Part shown: positions 53,201 through 63,520 of the stretch, one piece after another
Position numbering within the stretch: the stretch's first letter is position 1
Layout: every line of letters begins with the position of its first letter
Source: Histomonas meleagridis 2922-C6/04-290x
Lineage: Eukaryota; Protista; Parabasalia
Direction: 5' to 3'
Length of the DNA: 64,000 nt
Assembly (NCBI GenBank): GCA_020184695.1
Contig: JAANOX010000280.1
Location: 186,001 to 250,000 of the forward strand
Notes under the pieces: generated by a model
The model's database searches: none
Told to the model about the DNA's origin: nothing
The model's input: only the letters and a program-made list of their open reading frames with translations
Made by a program: the position numbers and the translations under genes

Positions 53201-55953
53201 TTAAAATTACAATTCAATGAAATAATTTTCTTAGTTTTTAATAAGTTTATTATTGTTCTAAATTTATATTGTATTAAATTTATATCAATTTTAACATTTA
53301 AATTTATAAACATTCGAATTGTATAAGTAAATGAATATAAATCTAAAATATCAGTTAAAGGAATATTCGAAGGAATTTGATTTAATGAATCAATTGCATA
53401 AAAAAATGAAGAATATATTAATGATTGTAATTTAAAAGTTAATAATTCATCATTATTATAATTCAACTTTAAAATTAATTCTTTAGCTTCATTAATATAT
53501 TTAATTTGTGAAAATGTAATTTTATTATTTGATGGTTTATTTTCAATGTATATACTTATTAACAATAAATTTAATACAAAAAATATTTTTTGATTATCAA
53601 TAATGTTTTCTGTTGAAGATTTCTCTTTAATTATTGTAACTACCATATATTGGAATATTTTCCTTGTAGAATTATCACTCCAAATATTTAATTTCTTTTC
53701 TTGTAATAATTGTAATGCTGAAGTTAAAAAGATGAAATATAATAAAAATGATTTCGATTTCGATACATTAAATATATTAATTTTTGGTTTAAATATTTTC
53801 GTATTTAAACATGTAAATAATGAACTAAATTTATTAAAAGAAATTTTCGAAATTTCTAAAGTATTTTCTTTTAAAAAATTATAAAAATTTAATTTGTTTC
53901 CAATAATTGGAATAGAAACTTTAAAAAGTTTAAAACCAATTTCACGAATTTGTGGAACAGGACTTGAAATTAATACAAATTGCCATGAATATAAATAAGA
54001 AATATCATTTTCTTTTAATTTCATACCCAAATATACATACGCTTGTATTATGAAGAGCATTGCATAACCAAATATATATAATTCATTAAATGTTGAAGTT
54101 AATTGGTTTGATAAAAATGTCGAAAAGATATTTCTATCTTTTGTTTTAATGATATACGCTTGAATCCAACGTAATACAAAAGCTGATAAATATGAAGACT
54201 CAGAAAAGATAAACGATAAAATTTTATTTAATATTTTTTTTGATTCTTTTTCATCAAAATTTTCACATATAATTAAATATAATAAAATTGCTTTCATTAT
54301 TGTCTCTTGTTCCTTTTTTATCAAAAAAATCGAATTTAATCCTTTGGAATCATTAAAAAGATATGAAAAATCATTTTGCATTAAGTTTGAAGATATTTGA
54401 TTTATTTCACTTTGAATATATTTATCATCAAATTCTTGAATTGGTAAAATCATTGTATTTGTAATTATTTTAGCTAATTCATCTTCGAAATTACTTTGAG
54501 ATAATGAATCGATAAAACTATTTGTTGCGAAAGCAAAAGAATTTTCTTTATTCTTATAAGAACATATAAAATTCTCACAAATTTCATATATCTTTTGTTT
54601 AAATGTTTCTAGAATTGGATCTCTTAAATTGAGTTTAATATTTTGTAGAAATCCTGTTTTAGGCATTAAAGCATTAATGAAAAATTGGAAAATTGCATCT
54701 TGATTTTTATTAAAAAAATTATCTTCTAAAAGAATTTTATATTGATGTTGTACAAATGATACAAAATGTACTGGTTCTGGTTTTGATACAAAAGCTGTTA
54801 AGAAATCGCTTAAAACAATTTGGTTTTTTTTGAATTTATCAGAATTTTTTGTGATGATATCAAATATAGTCGGTAAATATGTAGTAGAAAAATCATTTCC
54901 TTTTAATATTTGAATTAATGATAATAATAAATCATTGATTTTATGTGTGCCTCGAGAAAATTGTTTAAATACATTTAATAATTCTTGATAATTACCAACA
55001 TTAATTGCAGTTTGTTCATTGTTTGAAAACATTATTAATGTCGAATAAAAAGAAAATTTGCTGTTTTGCGTTAACCCATCGAATGTTTTCATGATTTTAA
55101 TGTTAAGGTTTTGTAACTCAATGGTTTGTGGACATTTTAATGAATAACTTAAGAAATTTTGTATAATTTGATTTCCTTTTTTAATTAGATGTGATTTGGT
55201 GGTCATATAATTCTCGAGAATATAATTTATGGCTGGAATTAGGTCAGTTACATTACTAATCGGTATATATATCTTGGAATATAATTTAATAAAAATTGAA
55301 GATTTGACACAATCTGACTTTAAATTTTGTTGGAAGTTCAAATTAATATCTTCAATAACGATCTCAGGAATTATCTTTGAGATAAGTGAAAAGATGTTTG
55401 ACCATTTATCAACTGATAAATTTAAGATTCGCTTAAAATTATCATCATCTAAATCATCAAATAAATATTGCTTAATATTGGTATAAATAAATTCTATGTC
55501 TTTTGGATTAGGGTCTGTAAGTTTACTGATGAGATTATAAAAAAAATCTGATAAGATATAATGTGATATATATATCATTGAAGCCCTGGCTGGAAAAATA
55601 CTACAACTGGATAGGAGTTCTCTTATGTACGTGTACTTAAAAAGAGCTTCTGATACAAATGGATTCGATAAGTTTAAAGATATTTTCGGAAAAAATAAAA
55701 ATATTAATGAAGAATATTCTTTTGGATGAACACGGGCAAGAGTACAGTATTCATTCATTCTCTTTGTGATTTCATCATTATGAAATTGATATTGTAGGAA
55801 ATATTTATATGAAAATTTATTTATTATATTCTCTTCTCTTGAAAAACTTTGAGGATATCTATCAATTAAAGATTGTATGATTTGAGCAATGGGCTTTGAT
55901 AATAATTTCAGTAATAAATGAGAGATTGGCTCATCTTCTGCGTATATTTCCAT
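50248..55953 (-). CDS. Very large HEAT/ARM scaffold protein, possibly Furry/Tao3 (MOR2-PAG1)-like
   Basis: About 1900-aa ORF. Weak by-eye similarity (ISHYILSDFF, KWSNIFSLIS, LISSPVPQIREIGFKLF). ATG at 55953 (the track start is TTG). The family call is tentative. Confidence 0.55.
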   Translation of the reverse strand: MEIYAEDEPISHLLLKLLSKPIAQIIQSLIDRYPQSFSREENIINKFSYKYFLQYQFHNDEITKRMNEYCTLARVHPKEYSSLIFLFFPKISLNLSNPFVSEALFKYTYIRELLSSCSIFPARASMIYISHYILSDFFYNLISKLTDPNPKDIEFIYTNIKQYLFDDLDDDNFKRILNLSVDKWSNIFSLISKIIPEIVIEDINLNFQQNLKSDCVKSSIFIKLYSKIYIPISNVTDLIPAINYILENYMTTKSHLIKKGNQIIQNFLSYSLKCPQTIELQNLNIKIMKTFDGLTQNSKFSFYSTLIMFSNNEQTAINVGNYQELLNVFKQFSRGTHKINDLLLSLIQILKGNDFSTTYLPTIFDIITKNSDKFKKNQIVLSDFLTAFVSKPEPVHFVSFVQHQYKILLEDNFFNKNQDAIFQFFINALMPKTGFLQNIKLNLRDPILETFKQKIYEICENFICSYKNKENSFAFATNSFIDSLSQSNFEDELAKIITNTMILPIQEFDDKYIQSEINQISSNLMQNDFSYLFNDSKGLNSIFLIKKEQETIMKAILLYLIICENFDEKESKKILNKILSFIFSESSYLSAFVLRWIQAYIIKTKDRNIFSTFLSNQLTSTFNELYIFGYAMLFIIQAYVYLGMKLKENDISYLYSWQFVLISSPVPQIREIGFKLFKVSIPIIGNKLNFYNFLKENTLEISKISFNKFSSLFTCLNTKIFKPKINIFNVSKSKSFLLYFIFLTSALQLLQEKKLNIWSDNSTRKIFQYMVVTIIKEKSSTENIIDNQKIFFVLNLLLISIYIENKPSNNKITFSQIKYINEAKELILKLNYNNDELLTFKLQSLIYSSFFYAIDSLNQIPSNIPLTDILDLYSFTYTIRMFINLNVKIDINLIQYKFRTIINLLKTKKIISLNCNFNINEDYLKENQNEIILLILKEMINSLHKIFKSLRNNSLVSLNIPFLLIKQPKKIIEHPFKEKIWFLFLYKLSSIQTILDLSKISKKTFSIYSSFSKIPKECIKDILKSIYYINSKEMYKNLLINNLETIFLPLLNNSHLNYLFWISICNLFSEPKDIKNDLRKLKTKIILWDEKEKVFISLIYNNIGSILSLSSFYITHQNYQIRKVTFKIIYHLALFGYINSYPFSDKFINIINSMKISSSYDTSLPELTKMNKIASKVFYFSSEQFLSKVFQILLCNEHVQTYLMSIIQWFGNIRLSEVNTGIVPNVPTNFRCFSSISFLSSLSKTGYIDDTKSHSSQTTLSNINMLIIDKIASNDPKLLFNFLISSHIEAKSIIVYLALQYQKEIIPILIDILSFDFYLFKYQNHEGDYDQILSLILNVILSLLKENSSIFMNYLHLLFTFCFTNLQKFPTSKEIIEEICKILNVKIIIKCLYKFNEKELMEMFDMSFKWMISDLRISHSNASTLWNQILKIFSNDNKIDFDFINKSEIEIKDNKYSEINSQYNILKIDQIDESFQNENEKILNDINKEFENENLTKKKLNFDFNLLQENYKEKIDIMSNSISVLCSLIYQRGSPTPISPFLYEHLSLLLISSSKLNINLENPESSPLFYSVKFLQCNSIHLFPIFQTSLYILNIFLDDEKYYEILRNINNVFDEIFINIITADLTIPIISCVFKCIIELLLHNFKPSDLNMVIFSILPYLLNNNKEMELIEKNNIYKFDKTFKEMIKNFLYNTSPENSFIIFSFYMKITSIEPKTYLKTVFEILNVFLESYEKKSSPISLSVFHPLLSIIIDHGTPEMEEKLLSFFEKNSVPLIPKINEYPLFPNIKLENELLQIKAPILINDNWYNECQIWELIQNQISQISLPQFSKMKSQYVKSNSNKLFQQNIKSENYVLDKEKAKQRIDQRCSTFNMAEIITKEKCTCIQIIGTDDFRIMPDEIT

Positions 55954-56473
55954 CTCATAAGAAACCGTTAAAAAGCTTCGAACTCTCACGGTTTTTCTTA
56001 TGAAAATATTCGGATTCAATTAAATGTAAAAAAATTGAATGACCCGATGTTCGAAAATATTCTGTAGTTTATTTATATATTGAAAAGACATAGAGTCGTT
56101 CCGACCAATTATTATCACAAAAAATAGCGAAGCGAAGTTAAAAATTTCACTTAACGGTCATTCTTGTTATTTTTTTTTTGACTCTGGAGAGCAATAAGAA
56201 TAATATTTCATCGATTTATTGAGATTACCACCAAAGCCGCTGCTCAGATCTATAAGTAATTCATTTTCTTTCTTTGTCCAAGCACAATATTTTCTTCCAG
56301 ATTGATCCATTTCTTGTCTTCCTAATATATGAAATTGAGAAGATGGGTTCAACGTAATGAGATTAATATTTTCATTTTTTTTTTTTTTTTTTTAAATATT
56401 ACAAATAAAACAACTCATTTTGAAAACACAAAATTATTATCACTTAAAAAGTCCGAATTTATGTCTATTTATA

Positions 56474-57961
56474 TTAAATACTAACATCAACACTTTCTTT
56501 AGCTCTTCTCTTGCAGCACACAACAGTTGTAACAACCACAGCAACAATAACGACCACTGCAGCAGCAACAGAACATCCTATTACAATAGCATCATTTGAA
56601 GAATCGTTATTATCTATTTCTTCGCTTTCTGTATCCAAAGTTATTTCTAATGACTTCTCTTCTTCTTTCGTTTCTTCTGTTCCACTTTGGACATCAGAAG
56701 AAGTTATTTCTTCTGTTTCAGATTTTTCTTCTTTTGTTTCATTTTGTACTTCGGATGTTATTTCTTCTGATTCACTTTGTGACTCAGAAACTTTTTCTGT
56801 CGATTCTATTGTTGTTTCTTCTTCGATTTGTTGCATTTCAGACACTTTCTTTATGGTGTCAAAATTTTCCGATGTCCATGCAATATAATTAAACATTCCA
56901 ATTCCGGTTATTTGGGGATAGTTTGTTCGAAGTCCTTTCATAATTTCTTCGTATTCACTATCTTTCCAATTTTTATCAAATATCGGAATTACTTTCGCAT
57001 TACTTCCAATGACTTTTTGAACCACCAGATCAGTGATTCCACCTTCACTATAAACCCAATTCGGTTGTTCACCAAAATCATTGAAATAAGCCATTGGTGA
57101 TACGAAATCAATATCATTTTTAAAAAGTGATAAATCAACTCCAAGCTCATCCCAAAGAGGATCTAAACAATAAAGACCAAGTTGGCATGTTGGTCTTACT
57201 CGATTGACAACTTCTCGAACTTTTGTGACATATGATGAAATAATTGATGTTCGAAAAGGATTCCATTTATCACTAAGAAAATCCCACTCACAACCTTCGT
57301 CGTCTTCAATGTCGAGGTTTAGATTGATTGGGTTGATATATTCCTTTCCATTATCATTACACCATTTCTCAAATAATTCAAGGCTGGTGGTGCTCATATC
57401 CATGAGATTTGAATCAAATCTAACCCAATCAAGAACAATAGAATCAATTTCATAATTGGTAAGAATTTCTTCGATTATCGATAACTCATATGCTTGAACA
57501 TCTGGATTGCATGGATTAACAAAATATTCTTCATGATCTGATGATCCTGTAAATGGACCTGTTTGACCAATTTTAGTTTGATAAATCATTTGCCATTCAG
57601 AATTTTTTTGAATTGCTTGGTAGTCATGAAATTGTGGAACCCATGCTTTTATTTTAATTCCTTTTTCATGAGCAGCTTTGATAACAGATGGAATTGTATT
57701 CGTAAAAAATGTAGCATAGGATGTAATCTTGCTTGGATAATATAGAGTACCAGAATTGAATGAATATTCATTTCCCTGTTCATAGTCGTCTTCATCTTGT
57801 TTAAATTGAAGTGAAATTGTTGTTATATGAGCATCAACACATTCTTGAATAAATTTGTCTATTTCCATTCCATACGGACTGAACATTTCTGCTACCTTTA
57901 CTATGATTTCAGAATCATAGTAATTAGAAATTGCGAAAATAGAGAAGATATTAAAAAACAT
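56474..57961 (-). CDS. Type I membrane glycosyl hydrolase-like 10 (GHL10/DUF187, YddW-like) protein
   Basis: Signal peptide. KAAHEKGIKIKAWV and FVNPCNPDVQAYELSIIEEILTNYEIDSIVLDWVRF (GHL10 TIM barrel). S/T/E-rich stalk, TM AIVIGCSVAAAVVVIVAVVV, short tail. Confidence 0.78.
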   Translation of the reverse strand: MFFNIFSIFAISNYYDSEIIVKVAEMFSPYGMEIDKFIQECVDAHITTISLQFKQDEDDYEQGNEYSFNSGTLYYPSKITSYATFFTNTIPSVIKAAHEKGIKIKAWVPQFHDYQAIQKNSEWQMIYQTKIGQTGPFTGSSDHEEYFVNPCNPDVQAYELSIIEEILTNYEIDSIVLDWVRFDSNLMDMSTTSLELFEKWCNDNGKEYINPINLNLDIEDDEGCEWDFLSDKWNPFRTSIISSYVTKVREVVNRVRPTCQLGLYCLDPLWDELGVDLSLFKNDIDFVSPMAYFNDFGEQPNWVYSEGGITDLVVQKVIGSNAKVIPIFDKNWKDSEYEEIMKGLRTNYPQITGIGMFNYIAWTSENFDTIKKVSEMQQIEEETTIESTEKVSESQSESEEITSEVQNETKEEKSETEEITSSDVQSGTEETKEEEKSLEITLDTESEEIDNNDSSNDAIVIGCSVAAAVVVIVAVVVTTVVCCKRRAKESVDVSI

Positions 57962-57975
57962 GTAGGAACAGCCAA

Positions 57976-57993
57976 CCGCTATTTATTCAACCG
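57976..57993 (-). promoter_or_regulatory. Tandem Myb-type (M3-like) GCGGTTG elements upstream of the GHL10 gene
   Basis: Two GCGGTTG copies within about 35 nt of the ATG at 57961; fit the parabasalid M3-type consensus as recalled. Confidence 0.4.
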
Positions 57994-58837
57994 CATAGAT
58001 TTTATCGTTCTCAAAATTGTGTCGAGGTAAAATTCATTTTGAGTGTTCTCAAAAATGGGGTTCGAGCGGGCTTTAGTTTTCAACATTGGTCAATTTTCAA
58101 TAATAGTAAATTGAAATTGGCCAACATTGCCGAAGTTGAGTTCAAGGAGTTTCTCAGATTTTATCCCTACAATTCTATTTAGTTAACACGTATTCATTTG
58201 ATGATCCAACAAAGATATGTATCTTATAATTCCAGAATATGGAGAAAACTATTTTGTTGACTTCACCATCAAATAACCGTCATAATAAGGGGTAAAATGC
58301 AAATTTATACTTTACTTCAAAATTGAGAGATATTCAATTTAAGAATTTAAAATCGAAAACTTTAAATTCAAAAAGTCGATTGTGACGAATTCAATTTCTA
58401 ACAAATTTCGTAGCTTTTCTGCCTCCTATGGTTGGTGTTCATCATTATCATAAATATAATAAATAAATAAATTCATGGTATACATTGTGAGTATATATAC
58501 CCATTAGTGCTTTCAGCATACATTTCATTGACTTTATTTCCCACACATTCTATGATGAAAATATTTTCAATATAATATATATAAATTCTAAAAACAATAA
58601 TGTAACAACAAACTAACATACTACTAACGAATATATTCATTATATGTTAAATATCAACAAAAATCATTCTAATAACAAATATTTATTTTTCTCATATTAA
58701 AAGATTTATCAGGAAAGTTATAAATATTATCATCTCTTTCATTTTTAATTATATTTAATATTCTTTTTCTTATTATAAAATATTTTTATAAAAGTTATTT
58801 AATTTATTATAAAAATAAACAAAACTTCAAAATATTT

Positions 58838-59830
58838 TTGATTTTGATGATTATATTTTTTGTTAATACAAAGCAATCATATGACGAAGAGACAAAAACA
58901 CTCACAATATCCGATTCCAATGATTATTCAAATGATTATATGAATGTTACAGAACATCTTATAATTATTAATGTTGGAGAGCTTGAAAGTAATGTGTTCA
59001 GAGAATGGCCTTTATTAACATCACTAATAATTGGAGAGTCAGTTGAAATTATAAATAGTAGAGCATTTGCATCATGTACAAAATTAGAATATGTCCAATT
59101 TCCAGATAAATTAATGAGTGGAATTGGAGGTGGAGCATTTGCAGAATGCATTTCATTAAATAATATTACAATTCGATGTAATACCATTAGTGGTAAAGCA
59201 TTTTATAAATGTACAGGACTTGAAACGATAACTTTATATGAAGGCGTCCGAAATATTGGCTCTGATGCATTCATTCTAAAACATTTGGAAATATGGAAAT
59301 TACTAAGGGAACAACACTTGACGAATGTCTCCCGCCAACACTCACATTCAAACAAATTGATACATTCACTAAGTCAAATACGTTCACTGCATCAGTTGCT
59401 TATTCATCTGATGTAACTTTATCTTTAACACATTCTTTCACTTTAACTCAGTCATTCGATTACATTTTATAGTACATATATAAATACAATTTCATTGTAA
59501 ACATTTGTATCCACTTATAGTTATATATCGACAAATGTCATTTGTTACGATTACACTGTTATATATTATTCGTCTTATTATAGTTATTATTCTGACTTTT
59601 ATACATTAGTTGTCACTGATGTTACAGCAAAAGATAATTCGATCAAATGAATTGTTAATTGGTATTATATGCGGCGCTATTGTGATAGTTTTGATAATTG
59701 TCGGAATGGTAATATTTATGTTGAAGAGAAATAAGAAACAAACAACAGAAAAAAGTCTTTATCTAATGTAAATAATAATACGTCATCAACTAAGGGAGGA
59801 AATCACGAAGAAGTGAATTTAATAGTTTGA
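58838..59830 (+). pseudogene. BspA-like leucine-rich repeat (TpLRR) surface protein pseudogene
   Basis: LTSLIIGESVEIINSRAFASCTKLEYVQFP..IGGGAFAECISL. Frameshift near 59270, FTxS stalk (TFTKSNTFTAS), then stops, then TM LIGIICGAIVIVLIIVGMVIF. Confidence 0.8.
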
Positions 59831-60026
59831 TAAAGGAAGATGAGGACCAATGGATTTGAGTATAATAAAATATGTTGAAATGTGGTAATAAAATTTTTTC
59901 TGTTTTTGTTAGTGATTACTTATTGTGAATTATTGTTTTGCATAAAGATGCTGAAGTATGAAATTTGCTTAAATTTACACCGACGACCGTTATACGATAG
60001 AGTTGTTTAAATGCTGAAAAGTGACG

Positions 60027-60573
60027 ATGTCCAAGAAGAGAACCAAACACAGCCCATGCATAAAATTCCTTTTTCTGGGAGATGATTCCATAGGAAAAAC
60101 TTCTTTGATCCATAGGTTTATCTATGGAGAGCTCCCCACAGATCATACATTAATTTTTACGGGTTTTTTTTAAATTAACTATCAATAATTCCACGTATAA
60201 TATTCAACCATGGGATTGCGTGCCTTATAATCTAGGTGATATCCGAGTCCTTTCCTATCCAGGTACAGATATTGTTATGCTTTGTTTTTCATTGGTTGAT
60301 AAATTATCTTTTGAAAAAATTAAAACGATGTGGTATCCTGAAATCAAAGCGAATTTGAAGAAACCAGAAATTCTTCTCATTGGGACAAAACCAGATTTGA
60401 AAAAATCTATACTCCCATCTCAATGCATTGGCAAAGATGAAGCAATTAATATGGCTCATGATATTAATGCATTTGATTATGTTGAATGTTCATCTTTGTT
60501 AGGTGATGGTGTGGAGCAGGTTTTTGAAGTGGCATTATTCAAGGCATTGAAAAACATGCACAAAAAGATTTAG
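60027..60573 (+). pseudogene. Divergent Rho/Rac-like GTPase, frameshifted in a T8 run and lacking CaaX; paralog of 61886-62434
   Basis: MSKKRTKHSPCIKFLFLGDDSIGKTSLIHRF, frameshift at 60164-71, then KLTINNSTYNIQPWDC..SYPGTDIVMLCFS..GTKPDL..ECSS; ends KNMHKKI. Confidence 0.8.
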
Positions 60574-60999
60574 AAAAAAATATTGTTAAAGAATTTTATT
60601 TAATCTTTATTACTGATTACAAATGTAATTTAAACTTCTTATTAGTAAAAATTGGCGTAAAAGTGTAATATTTTCTTATTAGTAGTAAAATAAATACTTT
60701 ACGATAAAAGTTAACAAAATTTTATACCTTAAACTATTGAAGGAATTATATAAAAAAAAATTTCACACGATGATTCTCAATATCACTTGAATGATAATTA
60801 TAAATTTGCTCATTTGATATAACAAAATTTTGTGAATTTTGTTACTTAAGTATAGTTTGTTCGAGGTTAGAAGGTAGGAAAAATAAAGCTAGGTTGTTGC
60901 TTTAAATCATTATTGCATATTTTTGAATTTTGATTTTCTATCATAATTCGGCCAGACAGTTAAAAGTGCAAAAACTTTTTTTGAGTTACAAATAGATAA

Positions 61000-61719
61000 A
61001 TGGGAAATTTTTATCTTTCAGCTTTATCTGGTGATTTTAAGTCAAACGAAGAATACTTTAGGTCCAAGGTTTCAGACGAGAATGAATTTTTAGAACAGTT
61101 TGGGTCTCTAGATAAAAAATTAACAATACCAAATTTTCAACTTATTTTCTTTAGGGAAGGAACAGAAAACAAGTGGGGAAATGCTGAAAATAAAAGAGGA
61201 GGAAGATTTTTAATTTACTTTCCATCTAATGTTCAGGCCATTCGAACTTTTTGTCTTTTTTCAGTTGAATGGATTCAAAAAAACATTAGCTTTCATTCAA
61301 ACATTGTTGGGTTGGTAGCGCATACTAAACCAAATGCAAACATTTTGCAAATTTGGGTAAATGATGGGCTTGATTCAGAAAATTTAAGCCCAAGGTATGA
61401 ATATCTTATTAACTGGCTTATTGGTTCTGCCTCAATAGATGAGTCTGTGGTGAATGATGAAATACAAATTGAATTTTTACTTCATCCAAATTATCGGGTA
61501 TATAGATCAAACGATTCAAGAATTTCATTAGCAAACGAAATGAGAGCTCAAGCCATACAAATACCATCTTTTCAATATTGCATTAAGCAACTTTTTAGTG
61601 ACGAAGAAGAAGCACCAGTTGTTCCTAAATTTGATTTAAAGATTGCAACGATGCATAAAAGGTCACGAAAAGAGAGGAGACTTCGGCCTTCATATGTTGA
61701 CTCTCTAGCAGTTCAATGA
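61000..61719 (+). CDS. Divergent eIF4E family protein
   Basis: EGTENKWGNAENKRGGRFLI versus human eIF4E DGIEPMWEDEKNKRGGRWLI; IVGLVAHTKPNANILQIWV versus VCGAVVNVRAKGDKIAIWT. Confidence 0.75.
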   Translation: MGNFYLSALSGDFKSNEEYFRSKVSDENEFLEQFGSLDKKLTIPNFQLIFFREGTENKWGNAENKRGGRFLIYFPSNVQAIRTFCLFSVEWIQKNISFHSNIVGLVAHTKPNANILQIWVNDGLDSENLSPRYEYLINWLIGSASIDESVVNDEIQIEFLLHPNYRVYRSNDSRISLANEMRAQAIQIPSFQYCIKQLFSDEEEAPVVPKFDLKIATMHKRSRKERRLRPSYVDSLAVQ

Positions 61720-61885
61720 TTTTATCCTAAAATGTGTTTTTTATTTATTTGTTTTTTACAAAAATATTATACGCAAATCAAATATAGCTACAATACAATT
61801 AAAACAAAGGAAAAAAAATGTTTTCAGCCGGAATCGCCACTTTTAACCACTGGATAATCAATGAGATTTGACTATGTTTGTTAAT

Positions 61886-62434
61886 ATGAAACTTAGGCAC
61901 CAAGAACTATTAAAACTAGTTTTTATTGGTGATTATTCCACAGGAAAAACTTCCTTGATTCATAGGTTCGTTTATAATAACTTCCCTACAGATTATATTC
62001 CACGAACTTTTGAAGGTTACAAGGGAAAAATTACTATTAATGATTCCATGTATTATTGGGCTCCATGGGATTGCCCGCCTTCTGATTCTTTAGAGGTTAT
62101 CCGAATGCTTTCATATGCACAAGCAGATATTTTTATGCTTTGTTTTTCAATTGTTGACAAATTATCTTTTGAAAGAATTAAAACGAAGTGGTACCCTGAA
62201 ATCAAAAGTGTTTTTCATAAACCTGAAATTCTTCTTATTGGGACAAAATCAGATCTAAAACAATCCATCCCACCAGATCAATCCATTAGTAAAGATGCAG
62301 CAATTAATATGGCTAAGAAAATTGACGCTTTTGATTATATTGAATGTTCATCTTTGTTAGGCGATGGTGTAAAAGAGGCTTTTGATATAGCGTTTGCAAA
62401 AGCCGTACATAATAAAAAATGTTTTATTTCTTAA
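61886..62434 (+). CDS. Divergent Rho/Rac-like small GTPase
   Basis: GDYSTGKT, YIPRTFEGY, WDCPPSD, RMLSYAQADIF, GTKSDL, ECSS, CaaX CFIS. Start is ATG 61874 or 61886. Confidence 0.88.
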   Translation: MKLRHQELLKLVFIGDYSTGKTSLIHRFVYNNFPTDYIPRTFEGYKGKITINDSMYYWAPWDCPPSDSLEVIRMLSYAQADIFMLCFSIVDKLSFERIKTKWYPEIKSVFHKPEILLIGTKSDLKQSIPPDQSISKDAAINMAKKIDAFDYIECSSLLGDGVKEAFDIAFAKAVHNKKCFIS

Positions 62435-62926
62435 CAATATTTTTTCGGTGGCGACCGTTTGGATTGCAACCTTAAATCATAATGTTAAATCTGCATTTGA
62501 ATTTGTTTCTATTTAAAAAAATTCATTGCTTAATGAAAATCGAAAAAAGTTTAATGATTAAATATTTTTTTAAATGTAATTTATTTAATGTTAGATTTGA
62601 CTTAGGATCTTATTATATTTATACATATCATTAACTTATGATCAGACACTAATTTTCAATATTAATAATGAATCTTAATAAAAGTTATTATGATATGAAA
62701 ATCAATAAAAATAACAAATTATTCTCATGGATGGTTTAGATAAAATGAATTTTCAAATATACACTTAAAGAAAAATATTTTCAAGACTGATATTAAATAT
62801 TCAAATGAAAATTGTTGATTATGAAATTGTTTCTTATTGATAGATCAATAAGTTGGAAAAATTAGAACAAATTTTTATAAAAATTATGAAAGAAGAAAAA
62901 TGCATATTATTTTTTATTCCATGATT

Positions 62927-63520
62927 TTAGTCAGACTTATTTCCGCTATGTGGGAGCACTTCTTCTGCCTTTCTGAAGAGGGAAGAGAAAACGTCTTTCA
63001 TGACCGACTTTGTCTGTACTGATGTCTGATTCTCTTTTTCGTTAGAAGAATCATCTGGTTTTTCTGATTGAACAGTATGTACTTCCTCAACTGCAGTGAG
63101 CGATGTTATAATCATTGTGGGTGCTGATAAAACATAAAACATGAAATATGACATTTTTAAAAACAATGAATGATCACTTCCAAGGAAATAAAACAACATG
63201 AAGAAAGCAGAAAACACCGTAGAAATTATACCCATTAAAAAGTCAACTCCGAGATCATTGGTAATGAAAGGAAATTTGTGAAAAACAAAATAAAGTAAAA
63301 ATCCGTTTGATGCCCAGACAAAGGCCGTTACATACATCGGGAAGCTTGATCCAATAAATAATAATGAAGACAATAAAATCAAAATAATGTAAATTTTGAT
63401 AAATTTAACAGTTGCTTTCATTTTTTCTTCAAACAACTCAGACGTATAATACCCAAGTGCAATAAGCATTGTGATTAAAATCATTAAAAATGCAAATGAT
63501 TCAAGAATAAGGAAAAACAT
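62927..63520 (-). CDS. SVP26: Svp26/Erv26 (TEX261) family transmembrane cargo adaptor
   Basis: LIALGYYTSELFEEKMKATVKFIK matches the family motif (L.iA.GLYY..EL.EE); several TM helices. Confidence 0.7.
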   Translation of the reverse strand: MFFLILESFAFLMILITMLIALGYYTSELFEEKMKATVKFIKIYIILILLSSLLFIGSSFPMYVTAFVWASNGFLLYFVFHKFPFITNDLGVDFLMGIISTVFSAFFMLFYFLGSDHSLFLKMSYFMFYVLSAPTMIITSLTAVEEVHTVQSEKPDDSSNEKENQTSVQTKSVMKDVFSSLFRKAEEVLPHSGNKSD

